Source: a virus
Taxonomy: Duplodnaviria; Caudoviricetes
Reading direction: 5' to 3' (one strand)
Length of the DNA: 64,000 nt
Virus record (IMG/VR): IMGVR_UViG_3300036944_001223
Coordinates: 498-64,497 of that record
Shown here: positions 1 through 9,368 of the stretch, piece by piece
Layout: each line of letters opens with the position of its first letter
Position numbering within the stretch: position 1 is the first letter of the stretch
Program-made: the position numbers and the translations under genes
The notes under the pieces: generated by a model
What the model saw: only the letters and a program-made list of their open reading frames with translations
The model's database searches: none
What the model was told of the DNA's origin: nothing

Positions 1-1002
1 TGTGCCATTTGGACTTGTATATGGCCTCAGCCCGCGCCCTACAACTTGCAGATACGAAGCTAGGGAAAGTGTTGGCCTGAGCAATATGATTGCGCTGATA
101 GCCGGACAATCAACCCCCTCGACCAAAATACCAACAAAGGTGACAACCTGAATCTCTCCAGTATCTAGCGCTTTCAAAACCTTATCGCGATATGGGCCGT
201 CGTGCTCTCCGCATAACATCACAGCTTTTATGCCATTTTCATTAAACGCCTCAGCTACGTGAGTAGCGTGCGCAATAGTAACGCACCAAGCAACTGCTGG
301 CGCACCTGGGCAAATTTTTTGATATTGAGCAACGGCGTCGCCTGTGATCTTGGGCTTATCAACAACAGAGGCTAAAGCGTCAGTTTTATAATCGCCCATG
401 CTGGTTTTTATACCAGACAAATCTAATTCTTGCTCAGAACCATATACAACCGGACGAACAAGAAATTCGCGGGAAATTAAATTCCCCATTGACGCGCCTT
501 TTACCATGAAATCATAAACGCCACCATGTTCGCGCCCAAGCGGTTTATTATCAAGACGGACAGGCGAGCCAGTAACACCAAGCACTTTAGCATTAGGCCA
601 TTTTTCTAGGATTTTCAGGTAGCTTGTGGCCGCGGATAAATGAGCCTCATCTATGACAATGAGATCTGGCTCAAATTTTATATTATGCAGACGCCGTACC
701 AATGTTTGGACTGATCCTACTTGAACCAAGGCTTTTACGTTTGGAGTAAATCCGGCCATGATTATGCCGTGTTGAACGTCATAATCCCGCAGCTTTGATG
801 ATGCCTGTTTAATCAGTTGGTCTCGATGCGCTAAGATCAACACTTTTTTACCATTTTCAGCCACTGCTCTTGCAATGTAACTAAAAACGATGGTTTTACC
901 CGCCCCAGTGCTGAGGACAAGTATTACTCTATTATGTTTCCTTAATGCCAACCTGACATTGCCTACGGCATCGTCTTGGTAATCACGTAAAACTACTGTC
1001 AT
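1..1002 (-). CDS. SF2 DEAH-box helicase, 3' end beyond window (not in ORF track)
   Basis: Manual translation from ATG at 1002: MTVVLRDYQ (Q motif), LSTGAGKT (Walker A), VIDEAH (Walker B), GVTGSP (motif III). Confidence 0.9.
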   Translation of the reverse strand, partial: MTVVLRDYQDDAVGNVRLALRKHNRVILVLSTGAGKTIVFSYIARAVAENGKKVLILAHRDQLIKQASSKLRDYDVQHGIIMAGFTPNVKALVQVGSVQTLVRRLHNIKFEPDLIVIDEAHLSAATSYLKILEKWPNAKVLGVTGSPVRLDNKPLGREHGGVYDFMVKGASMGNLISREFLVRPVVYGSEQELDLSGIKTSMGDYKTDALASVVDKPKITGDAVAQYQKICPGAPAVAWCVTIAHATHVAEAFNENGIKAVMLCGEHDGPYRDKVLKALDTGEIQVVTFVGILVEGVDCPAISAIILLRPTLSLASYLQVVGRGLRPYTSPNGT

Positions 1003-1059
1003 ATATTAAAGCGCGGCTTTATGAATTGGCCCGCACCCCGTAAGTTAAATTGCATTAAA

Positions 1060-1275
1060 TTACTTAGCAGCATTCTCCGCAGCTACTACGGCTTTTTCCA
1101 GTTCGTCAATAGCACGAATTGACTTAGGGGCGCTTTTGCGCCAGCGGTCAGGCGTAGCTCTTGCTATACCAGCATCTCGGCACATATGAGTTAACGTTAT
1201 GCCCGCGGCTCTAGCTCTGGACTCTAAGCTGTCCAGTTTAGCAAGAAAATCATCATAAAAGGTTTTCGGTTCCAT
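1060..1275 (-). CDS. Cro-like HTH regulator
   Basis: 71 aa; LTHMCRDAGIARATPDRW fits an XRE-type HTH; lies beside a divergent promoter region. Confidence 0.7.
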   Translation of the reverse strand: MEPKTFYDDFLAKLDSLESRARAAGITLTHMCRDAGIARATPDRWRKSAPKSIRAIDELEKAVVAAENAAK

Positions 1276-1290
1276 ATATAGGTCCTGTTT

Positions 1291-1438
1291 TCAAATTTGG
1301 TTAAGAGTATCTTATTTGATTAAACAAAGTCAAAGGAGAAATGATGACGGTACATTATCCCAGTAAATTGTAGTTATTTTCAATATACAGTATTGCGCGT
1401 TAATCTTTTTTGATGCTAGAATCATGTCTCAAATTCGA
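1291..1438. promoter_or_regulatory. Divergent sigma70-type promoters with four operator-like palindromes
   Basis: Leftward TTGACT(1333-1328)-16-GATACT; rightward TTGCGC(1393-1398)-18-TAGAAT with extended TG; TCA-W4-TGA-like sites at 1291, 1310, 1404, 1429. Confidence 0.6.
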
Positions 1439-1452
1439 TTAGGGCGTTAATT

Positions 1453-2466
1453 ATGGAACTTCATGGGTTAGTTGATTTAACTAATGAGCAGTATCACAAA
1501 GGGCCGGGCATAAGCAAATCTATGCTAGATACCATAGCGCCCGAGTTAGAAGGTACTCCGCTAAATTATTGGGATAACTACATTAATGAAGATAGAGAAG
1601 AACGCGAGTATAAACATTGCTTCTCAATCGGCGACGGTACCCACAAAATAGTCCTAGAGCCAGGAACATTTGAAAAAACCTATGCAGTCGGTTTTGATAA
1701 AAAAGCTTACCCTGACGCACTAGATACCATTGCAGAAATGAAAGCTGAATTATCAAAACTGAACTATGCCGTTAGTGGTTCTCGTCAGGAATTGGCAGAG
1801 CGGCTGCTTTATGAGCTCGAGTTTCCTCGTGAACGATTGATGTGGTTTCTTGAAAAAGATCACGTTAAATCAATGGAAAACAAAATAGCAATTAAGGCTG
1901 ACGAGTACAAAGATATGGCCAACAGTCTGAAGGCCATTCATCGCGATTATTATGCACATAACCTGCTAGAAAATTGCTACGTTGAGCAATCGTTTTTTGT
2001 TACAACTCGAGAAATCATCCTTGATCCAATAACTCAAGAGGTGATTGATGTTGTTGATGTGCTTCGAAAATGCCGTACCGATGCAATCACTCATAACGGC
2101 AAGGTTATTGTCGATCTAAAAACAACTGAAGATGTTAGTCAGATCGGATTCGGCAAAACAATAGCCAAACGTCGATACCATGTACAAGCGGCATGGTACC
2201 TAGACATTATGTATTTACTGTTCGGCGATGACGCACCAACTCAATTTGCATTTATCGCAGCTCAGAAAAAACGGCCATATGATGTTGGTGTTTATTATCT
2301 CACCAAAGAGCAAATCCAGCTTGGACGCATGATTTATCAGCGCGACCTTAACCAGATTTTAATTTGTCAGCACGAAGGCCATTGGCCGGGCGCAACTAAT
2401 GGCCAAATAATGAAAGCGGAGCTCCCTTACTGGGAAATGAGAAAACTAACTGAGGGCGTGATATGA
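1453..2466 (+). CDS. RecE/exonuclease VIII-like PD-(D/E)XK nuclease with SAP-like insert
   Basis: YH..PGISKS.LD, KCRTD, VDLKTT, YHVQAAWY, C...GHWPG motifs. Confidence 0.85.
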   Translation: MELHGLVDLTNEQYHKGPGISKSMLDTIAPELEGTPLNYWDNYINEDREEREYKHCFSIGDGTHKIVLEPGTFEKTYAVGFDKKAYPDALDTIAEMKAELSKLNYAVSGSRQELAERLLYELEFPRERLMWFLEKDHVKSMENKIAIKADEYKDMANSLKAIHRDYYAHNLLENCYVEQSFFVTTREIILDPITQEVIDVVDVLRKCRTDAITHNGKVIVDLKTTEDVSQIGFGKTIAKRRYHVQAAWYLDIMYLLFGDDAPTQFAFIAAQKKRPYDVGVYYLTKEQIQLGRMIYQRDLNQILICQHEGHWPGATNGQIMKAELPYWEMRKLTEGVI

Positions 2467-2822
2467 GTAATTTATCAGCGACTGAAAGAGAGTGGATTGA
2501 TAAAGGCAAAAAATGCGGCGCCAGCCTGACATTATTGTCTTATTGCACAGGGCGCTACATGATGCAAGGCGAGCCATACACTCACCCTAAAAGCATTGAT
2601 GAGTTAAGCCGTTGTAGACTTCTTTTAGAAGATGTTCCTGACTTAAAAAGCTGTTTTCCTCGGGTGGCTAGCGCCTCGCTAGAATGGTCTGAGTTTGTTT
2701 TGTTTTGGGATGATCTTTGCATCATCCATGATCTAGAAAATCCAGATTGGCGCATATCGGCAAACCCGACACCAAAAACAGTAAAAATGTTAAACAGCAT
2801 ACTGAACAGAGAGAGAACGTAA
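2463..2822 (+). CDS. Hypothetical phage protein, paralogue of 50549-50995
   Basis: ATGA overlap with upstream gene; RC.LL...VP..K..FP and WDDLC shared with 50549-50995. Confidence 0.7.
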   Translation: MSNLSATEREWIDKGKKCGASLTLLSYCTGRYMMQGEPYTHPKSIDELSRCRLLLEDVPDLKSCFPRVASASLEWSEFVLFWDDLCIIHDLENPDWRISANPTPKTVKMLNSILNRERT

Positions 2823-2824
2823 TC

Positions 2825-4144
2825 ATGCAAATTGCTCAACTAACTATTCGAAACATACTCGGCTGCAAATCGCTAGAGTTTAGCCCCGGCAACTTTAATG
2901 AAATTAGCGGGCAAAATGGCGCAGGCAAAACATCCGTCCTTGAAGCCATTAAAGCGGCAGTTGGCTCCGGTCATGACGCGACGTTATTGCATCGCGGCGC
3001 TGAAGATGGCGAAATTGTTCTGGTATTGGATAACGGTGATCAAATTCGCCGCAGGATAACTCCAAGTGCCAGTAAAACCGAAGTAACTCAAGGCGGAGTG
3101 AAAGCCAAACGTCCTACTGACGTTATTAAGCAGTTAACTGATCTAGTTTCAATTAACCCTATTGATTTCCTACGTGCCCCAAAAAAAGACCGTGTTCGCG
3201 TCTTGCTTGAGACTATGCCTCTTGAGGCTGACATTGAGTACCTGAAAAAAATTACTCGTATAAACGTGCAAGCGGAGCCCGGCATTCACGCGCTTGATGT
3301 GATCGATAAAGTGGCAAAAATCGTTTATGACGATCGCACTGGCACAAACCGAGCTATAAAAGAAAAAGAGTCCACAATTAACCAGATGAATCTGGCCTTA
3401 CCTGAAGCTCCTGCCGGAGTTGACGGGTCTGAAGCAGAGATAAATGAGGCAGTTGCTCAAGCTTATCAAGCAAAAGAAGCTGAAATGGCTCGCATTCAGG
3501 ATAAGCTTGAGGGGATACGAAAAGATTCTCAGGCAGTGGTCGATAGTATACGTGCTAAGGCGCAAGAGGCTATCGACGCCATTAAAAATCAAGCGACTAT
3601 TGACGCTGAAAATGAGCGCAAAAAATTAGCTGATATAGAACAAAAAGCGGCTACTCAACGCGATCGCAAGCTGGAACAGTTCACGGCCGAAGTTGCCCCA
3701 TACCAGCAATCACTGGCTATCATTCGGGCTAATCGTGAAAACGTAGCTAAACGTGAGCAGGGATTAGATACTGTTAAAAAAATGGAAGTGGAGCTTGACG
3801 ATCTGAAGCAAGACGAGCTAGCTCAAACCAAATCACTGGCTGACATTAACAATTACAAATTGCAGCTGTTAGATAGCCTACCGATCCCCGGCTTAGTTGT
3901 TCGTGATGGTGAAATATACCGTGACGATATCCACTTTGATCGACTGAATACAGCTCAACAAGTGCAAATCGCCGTGGAAATTGCCAAAATGCGAGCTGGA
4001 GACCTTGGCCTTATTTGCGTAGATGGGCTTGAGTTGTTAGATAAAGACGCTTTTGAGCAGTTCAAAGTGAAAGCGCTTGAGTCTGGATTACAGTTATTTG
4101 TAACCCGAGTTTCAGATGACGACTTTGCTGTAAAAGCAGAGTAA
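2825..4144 (+). CDS. SMC/Rad50-like coiled-coil ATPase
   Basis: GQNGAGKT Walker A, long coiled coil, LNTAQ signature-like motif, ICVDGLE Walker B; start placed at ATG 2825. Confidence 0.85.
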   Translation: MQIAQLTIRNILGCKSLEFSPGNFNEISGQNGAGKTSVLEAIKAAVGSGHDATLLHRGAEDGEIVLVLDNGDQIRRRITPSASKTEVTQGGVKAKRPTDVIKQLTDLVSINPIDFLRAPKKDRVRVLLETMPLEADIEYLKKITRINVQAEPGIHALDVIDKVAKIVYDDRTGTNRAIKEKESTINQMNLALPEAPAGVDGSEAEINEAVAQAYQAKEAEMARIQDKLEGIRKDSQAVVDSIRAKAQEAIDAIKNQATIDAENERKKLADIEQKAATQRDRKLEQFTAEVAPYQQSLAIIRANRENVAKREQGLDTVKKMEVELDDLKQDELAQTKSLADINNYKLQLLDSLPIPGLVVRDGEIYRDDIHFDRLNTAQQVQIAVEIAKMRAGDLGLICVDGLELLDKDAFEQFKVKALESGLQLFVTRVSDDDFAVKAE

Positions 4145-4201
4145 TACTATAACCCTATCCGCGTCATTATCTGGCGCGGACAATAAATATCAGGAAATAT
4201 T

Positions 4202-5329
4202 ATGAGTAATAATAATTTACCAGTACAACAAGCACAAACTAATGGCATGATTGCTCAGTTTAATCAAAATGCTGGCATGCCGGCTAGTATCAATGCTGGT
4301 TCTGTCTCAATTGAATCAGAGCGAGCGATTGCAGAAGCCCGCGGGCAAATGCAATTATCAAAAATGTTCCCGCGCGATCTAACCAAAGCTCATTCCGAGC
4401 TCATGACAGCGTGCAAATCAAAATCCTTTGCTGGTGCCGCATTCTATAGCGTTCCTCGCGCTGGCGGAGCTGTTACAGGCCCTAGCATTCGATTAGCGGA
4501 AGAGATCGCTCGAGTGGTCGGCAATTTTCAATACGGTCATCGCGAATTAAGCCGAGATGATCACAAGTCTGAAATTGAAGTGTTCGCTTGGGATGTTGAA
4601 AACAATAACCGCAGCCTGCGTCAGCTTACAGTCATGCACGTTATTGACACGAAGCAAGGCCCAAGACCGTGCCGAGATCAAAAAGACATTGATGATAAGA
4701 TCAGTAACGTAGCATCTAAGCAGGTTCGTGGGCGAATTCTCGCGCTGATCCCTAAATGGCTTCTTGAAGATGCCATCCTTGAGTGCCGTCGCACATTAAC
4801 GGGTAACAACGATGAGCCGCTGGAAGTTCGCGTCAGAAAGATGACTCAGGCATTCATCAAGTACGGTGTAAACGTTGAGCATTTAGAAGCTTATTTGGGC
4901 CATAAAGTATCTGATATTTTAGTGGATGAATTAGTTGATCTGCAAGGTGTCTATAATGCCCTAAAAGAAGGGGCAAAACCATCTGAGTATTTTAACTCAA
5001 AAGAGGAAGCCGATGCCGATGACGACGCTGCCAATATCATTAAGAACGCAGCTAAAACCTCTGCCAAGGCATCTGCACCGCAAAATGCAGCACCCGTAAC
5101 AGCAGCAAAAAAAGCTGCGGCACCAGCTGCGGCACAAAAGCGCAAGTCTCCTGAGCCAGAAGTGGAACAATTAGCTGCTAACAGTGAAGTTGTTGAGCAA
5201 AAAACTGTCGTAAATGAAGCTAAAGCAAAAAAAGAGCCTGAACCTGAGCTCGAGCCTGAACCTGAACAAGTAACTACTGAAGCAGCAACAACTGAACAGC
5301 AAGAAGAGGAAGAAGAAGATCTGTTTTAA
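4202..5329 (+). CDS. Putative single-strand annealing/recombination protein
   Basis: Follows RecE-like nuclease and ATPase; A.Y..PR.GG...GPSIRLAE motif; low-complexity linker and acidic tail ending DLF. Confidence 0.55.
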   Translation: MSNNNLPVQQAQTNGMIAQFNQNAGMPASINAGSVSIESERAIAEARGQMQLSKMFPRDLTKAHSELMTACKSKSFAGAAFYSVPRAGGAVTGPSIRLAEEIARVVGNFQYGHRELSRDDHKSEIEVFAWDVENNNRSLRQLTVMHVIDTKQGPRPCRDQKDIDDKISNVASKQVRGRILALIPKWLLEDAILECRRTLTGNNDEPLEVRVRKMTQAFIKYGVNVEHLEAYLGHKVSDILVDELVDLQGVYNALKEGAKPSEYFNSKEEADADDDAANIIKNAAKTSAKASAPQNAAPVTAAKKAAAPAAAQKRKSPEPEVEQLAANSEVVEQKTVVNEAKAKKEPEPELEPEPEQVTTEAATTEQQEEEEEDLF

Positions 5330-5402
5330 CATTACAGCATATCAGAACGCTAGATAACTAGCGTTCTATATAACTCCCAGAAATTAAAAGGTAAATAACG
5401 CC

Positions 5403-5675
5403 ATGAATAAAAATGACTTAGTAAAACTCACCGCTATAAATACTGGAGCAACGATTAAAGCAACCGACGAAACAATTTCGTCTTTTATTGACGAAATCAA
5501 CTCAGCGCTTAAAAGCGGTGATGAAGTTAGAGTTTCTGGCCTAGGCACTTTCAATGTATCAGAACGTGCAGCCCGCAAAGGCCGCAACCCCAGCACTGGC
5601 GCACCAATGGATTTCCCCGCCAGTAAAAATGTAAAATTTAAGGCGGCTCAGTCGCTTAAAGATGCCGTAAAATAA
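5403..5675 (+). CDS. HU-family DNA-binding protein
   Basis: MNKNDLV, GLGTF, RAARKGRNPSTG, VKFKAAQSLKDAV. Confidence 0.95.
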   Translation: MNKNDLVKLTAINTGATIKATDETISSFIDEINSALKSGDEVRVSGLGTFNVSERAARKGRNPSTGAPMDFPASKNVKFKAAQSLKDAVK

Positions 5676-5692
5676 TAAAATTTCATTAAATT

Positions 5693-5717
5693 AAAGGCAG
5701 ACTTATCTGCCTTTTTT
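5693..5717 (+). terminator. Intrinsic terminator after HU gene
   Basis: AAAGGCAGA-ctta-TCTGCCTTT followed by T run. Confidence 0.75.
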
Positions 5718-5734
5718 CTTTTGAGGAATTCACT

Positions 5735-6487
5735 GTGAAAGCATTAGATATAAAATCCGCGCTTAGAGCTCGATTTTCAGGTCAAGAATGGGCTATATTT
5801 TTTGAGGTAGCCGACGCTTCCGGCTCTGGAAATAAACGCTATGCCGACGCGGTAGCAATGAACCTGTGGCCGTCACGCGGATTAGAACTTCATGGTTTTG
5901 AGATAAAAGTTAGCCGCTCTGACTGGTTAAGTGAGCTTAAGAACCCAGCAAAATCTGAGCCTGTTCAAAAGTATTGCGATCGTTGGTGGATAATTTGCCC
6001 GTCTGGAATTATTAAGCCTGGTGAGTTACCGCCAACATGGGGCCATTATGAAATCTCAGATAGCGGCCAAATCACTGAAAAAGTTAAAGCGCCAAAATTA
6101 GAGCCAATTGATGCCACCCGCGGCTTTATAGCCTCTTTACTGCGTCGAGCAGGATCAGTTGATACGGCTGAGGTATCCAACCTAGTTGAAAAGAGAATTG
6201 ATAAAATAAGGTCTGAAGATAAGGAGCATATTGACAGAGAGATAAAGAGGCGCAGCGCTAAAGCTACTGCTCTTCTGGAAAAGGTGGCTTATATCAAGCT
6301 GCATACCGGAATCGATCTACTTACCTACCAAATGCCTGAAGATGTTGCTTCTGCAATAAAACTGGTTATTGATAGCGGAGTATTTGAAACGTATACAGGG
6401 CTGTCAAATTTAACTGATCATGTTCAAAAAATGGCTGACAAACTAAAAGATGCAATGAAAGAGATGAAAGTTAAACCATCTCGTTAA
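5735..6487 (+). CDS. MmcB-like PD-(D/E)XK nuclease-fold protein
   Basis: FFEV..., YADAVAM, GFEIKVSRSDW..EL..P.K, YCDRWW. Confidence 0.7.
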   Translation: MKALDIKSALRARFSGQEWAIFFEVADASGSGNKRYADAVAMNLWPSRGLELHGFEIKVSRSDWLSELKNPAKSEPVQKYCDRWWIICPSGIIKPGELPPTWGHYEISDSGQITEKVKAPKLEPIDATRGFIASLLRRAGSVDTAEVSNLVEKRIDKIRSEDKEHIDREIKRRSAKATALLEKVAYIKLHTGIDLLTYQMPEDVASAIKLVIDSGVFETYTGLSNLTDHVQKMADKLKDAMKEMKVKPSR

Positions 6488-6497
6488 TCATTTTTGA

Positions 6498-6560
6498 TTG
6501 ACTCGTTATCTAAAAATGACTAAAGTGGCATTTAATGATTTACATTGAATGCCATTTTTT
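6498..6560 (+). promoter_or_regulatory. Integrase promoter overlapping a terminator hairpin
   Basis: TTGACT(6498)-17-TAAAGT(6521); hairpin TGGCATTTAATG/CATTGAATGCCA (6526-6554) plus T6. Confidence 0.65.
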
Positions 6561-6578
6561 ATGGGCGGAGCTAATCAA

Positions 6579-7766
6579 ATGCCGAAATTAACTAAAACAC
6601 TGATTGATAATTTAAAGCCTGCTGGCTTAGAACAATGGATATGGGATACCGAGCTGGAAGGATTCGGGATCAGAATTCAGGCGTCAGGCAGAAAAGTTTA
6701 TGTTATTCGGTACCGAGTTAAAAATGCCAATAAAACTCAACGCAAACAAAACATTGCTCGTTGTAGCGATATTCCTCCTGAAAAAGCAAGAGAGCTGGCC
6801 CGTAAAGTTTTTGCCCAAGTTGCTGAGGGCCTAGATCCTGTTATGGAGCGAAAAAACAAAGTAGAAGCCCCAACTATCAGTGAGATGTGCGACCGCTTCT
6901 TAAAAGAGCACTCACGGCCGTTCAAAAAGCCTCGCAGCGTTGAGCATGACGAAAGTAAAATTAAAAATTACATTAAGCCTCTGGCTGGCGAGCGTAAAGT
7001 GGCGGAGTTTACTAAGGCCGACGTGCTCACGATTCATGGCAGCCTATCAGACAAGCCTGCGACTGCTAACCAAGTATTGGCATTACTCAGCAAGGCATTT
7101 AACTTAGCTGAAGATTGGGGATGGCGAGAGCAGGGTTCTAATCCTTGTCGTCGAATTAAAAAGTACAAAATTAATGAGCGAGAGCTAATTTTAACTACTC
7201 CGCAAATTAAAGCGTTAAGCAACGCCTTAATATCACTAGAGACCGAAAATAAAATTACTCAGCCAATGGTAAATTTAGTTCGTTTGTTAATGCTGACCGG
7301 CTGTCGATTAAGAGAGATCATGCATGCAAAACTGTCTTGGGTTGATCATGAGCGCTCGCTACTTATATTGCCAGACTCTAAAGTGGGGCAACGAAAGATC
7401 CCGCTAGCTCCGCTTGCAATGGATATCATTAATTCAATACCGGATGGTGAGTGGATGATCCCTAGCAGAGTTAATGGGATCCCTATGGACTCACCCTACA
7501 AAGAGTGGTCAGCGATAAAATCTGCTGCTGATTTGCCTGCAGAGCTAAGATTGCATGACCTACGGCATACTGCGGGCTCACTTGGCCATATGGCTGGGCT
7601 CACTCAGCAGCAGATTGCGACGCTTTTAGGACATAAGCAGATAAGCACAACAGCTAGGTACCTTCACGGCTACCACGGTGATGGTGAGCGCATAGCTGAG
7701 ACTGTTAGTAACGTCATCTCGCTGGCTTGGAGCAATCCAGCAGCTAAATTGGTCGCTGCTATTTAG
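6579..7766 (+). CDS. int: Tyrosine integrase with N-terminal arm-binding domain
   Basis: WD.EL.GFGIR arm domain; TGCRLREI, DSK, LHDLRHT, LLGH, TARY catalytic motifs; GGAG RBS before ATG 6579. Confidence 0.95.
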   Translation: MPKLTKTLIDNLKPAGLEQWIWDTELEGFGIRIQASGRKVYVIRYRVKNANKTQRKQNIARCSDIPPEKARELARKVFAQVAEGLDPVMERKNKVEAPTISEMCDRFLKEHSRPFKKPRSVEHDESKIKNYIKPLAGERKVAEFTKADVLTIHGSLSDKPATANQVLALLSKAFNLAEDWGWREQGSNPCRRIKKYKINERELILTTPQIKALSNALISLETENKITQPMVNLVRLLMLTGCRLREIMHAKLSWVDHERSLLILPDSKVGQRKIPLAPLAMDIINSIPDGEWMIPSRVNGIPMDSPYKEWSAIKSAADLPAELRLHDLRHTAGSLGHMAGLTQQQIATLLGHKQISTTARYLHGYHGDGERIAETVSNVISLAWSNPAAKLVAAI

Positions 7767-7781
7767 TCGTGATAGCATTAT
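7766..7781 (+). promoter_or_regulatory. Putative late promoter copy upstream of TraR/DksA gene
   Basis: GTCGTGATAG-CATTAT. Confidence 0.55.
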
Positions 7782-7790
7782 TTTTAAATC

Positions 7791-7815
7791 AAGCCCTAAT
7801 CAGGGCTTCTTTTTT
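7791..7815 (+). terminator. Intrinsic terminator after integrase
   Basis: AAGCCCT-aatc-AGGGCTT then CTTTTTT. Confidence 0.65.
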
Positions 7816-7829
7816 ATTTTGAGGAAATT

Positions 7830-8033
7830 ATGTCTAATGAAAATCTAGCTCAAGATGTTGAACTAAAAGAATGGGAATTTAACAATCGAGCCAGAAACCC
7901 CGTCGTTAAATTTAGTCAAAAAGATGCTGAATTTGGCCCCGAGTTCTGCGTCAAATGTGATGAAAGCATGCCATTAGTCAGGCGTCAATACGGGTATAAA
8001 TTGTGCGTTACATGCAAGTCGAAAGAAGAATAG
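7830..8033 (+). CDS. TraR/DksA-type C4 zinc-finger protein
   Basis: C..C...MP..RR..G..LC..C pattern; GAGG RBS. Confidence 0.85.
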   Translation: MSNENLAQDVELKEWEFNNRARNPVVKFSQKDAEFGPEFCVKCDESMPLVRRQYGYKLCVTCKSKEE

Positions 8034-8306
8034 TTAAGGTTTTTTCTTTATGCATCCAACTGCGGCCATTTCCCAAGCATTAGCGTATTGCTCCGCCATT
8101 TCAAAATCTTCTGCTAAAATTGCCGCGGCTGCCTTATCGCCAGGATAAGGCCCTATTCCAGTTTTAAATTCTGGGCGAGTTGGCGTCGACTCAATACAGG
8201 CTTCCTTTACCATCACTTTAACCGTCACGATCTCAGGCTCAGGTTTGGCGTTATTAGCTTGGCAGCCGGTAAGCAAAATAAACATCACAATTAAATACAA
8301 TTTCAT
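8034..8306 (-). CDS. o-spanin-like lipoprotein
   Basis: Lipobox LLTGC, Pro-rich, follows i-spanin candidate. Confidence 0.75.
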   Translation of the reverse strand: MKLYLIVMFILLTGCQANNAKPEPEIVTVKVMVKEACIESTPTRPEFKTGIGPYPGDKAAAAILAEDFEMAEQYANAWEMAAVGCIKKKP

Positions 8307-8713
8307 TATCTAAGGTCCCAGTACCGTTTTAAAACTGGCCCGCACGTTATTTCTGATTTAGTATCACTATTTAACTTACCTATCCGGCTGTCGCTTTGAG
8401 CTTTCAATTGAGCCAGTAATTTCTCAGCCTGTTCTTTTGCTCCTTCTGCAGCATCCGCTCTGGCTTTTTCCGCGTCAATAGCCCCATTATACTCAACTAT
8501 TTTTAACTTTAGCTCTGAACTATAATTAGCCAATTTGAGAACGGAAGTATTAAGGCTTTCAATTTTTTCATTAAGGCCTTGCTTTGCCGATGAACAGACC
8601 ACTTCAGTTCTTGCAGAGCCAACCGTATCACCAAATTTAAAACCACCAGCAAAAGCTGTTAGCAACGCTATTACCGCAAGTAATATTTTATATTGCATTG
8701 GTATTGCATTCAT
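8306..8713 (-). CDS. i-spanin-like protein
   Basis: N-terminal TM helix plus coiled coil in lysis cassette. Confidence 0.7.
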   Translation of the reverse strand: MNAIPMQYKILLAVIALLTAFAGGFKFGDTVGSARTEVVCSSAKQGLNEKIESLNTSVLKLANYSSELKLKIVEYNGAIDAEKARADAAEGAKEQAEKLLAQLKAQSDSRIGKLNSDTKSEITCGPVLKRYWDLR

Positions 8714-9168
8714 TTGACCACCCTTAGCGGTAATGGCGGCAGCATCGATGTGCTATCACGTCCGACTAAGTTATTTTGATATTTTATTGTGACATTCAGG
8801 GAATATTCCCCGGCAGGAACAGATGGAACGATCCCGCCCATAGCAGCTTTGTAGCAACCTTTTCGGGCTAGATAAACTGTGCTACTCAGCGGATATCTGA
8901 CCTTATCTTTCCCATCAATAGAGGGATAGACCTCTATACCAATGCCCTCAGAAGAGCAGATAACGCCTCTAACTGCAAACGGATCCCCTGCATGCATAAT
9001 TTGAGTTATCTGGTTTGATTCATTAGTCAGGTATGCCTCTTTAACTGTAATTGGATCCCCGCCTACAAGCACCATCCACCACATAATAAAGCCAGACAAA
9101 TAAAGGGCTACTAAGTAGCAGCTGGCGATTACCATGGCATTCATGCCTTTTTCGGCGGGGATTCTCAT
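8710..9168 (-). CDS. Membrane-anchored periplasmic protein in lysis cassette
   Basis: N-terminal TM, beta-rich C-terminal domain with two Cys. Confidence 0.55.
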   Translation of the reverse strand: MRIPAEKGMNAMVIASCYLVALYLSGFIMWWMVLVGGDPITVKEAYLTNESNQITQIMHAGDPFAVRGVICSSEGIGIEVYPSIDGKDKVRYPLSSTVYLARKGCYKAAMGGIVPSVPAGEYSLNVTIKYQNNLVGRDSTSMLPPLPLRVVK

Positions 9169-9368
9169 TTTATAAGTACCTTAGCCATTATCGCCATGAA
9201 TACCGACGTCATGACAGCTGTTGCTAGACCATATGCGATTAGCTTTACTGGCGCGAACTCCTGCTTACTAACAAAATCCTCAATGTCTTTTTGCAGATGT
9301 TTCACAGTTAGATTTAAATTAGAAACCTGAGTTTTCAGCTCTTGAAAATCTTCTGGATTTACTTGCAT
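9165..9368 (-). CDS. Small coiled-coil plus C-terminal TM protein (holin/antiholin-like)
   Basis: Hydrophobic C-terminus; coupled between endolysin and spanins. Confidence 0.5.
   Translation of the reverse strand: MQVNPEDFQELKTQVSNLNLTVKHLQKDIEDFVSKQEFAPVKLIAYGLATAVMTSVFMAIMAKVLIK

Noticed and set aside
8747-8762. GACGTGATAG-CACATC resembling the late motif upstream of spanins
   Set aside because: Inside a CDS, core mismatch, and hexamer lacks the invariant T6
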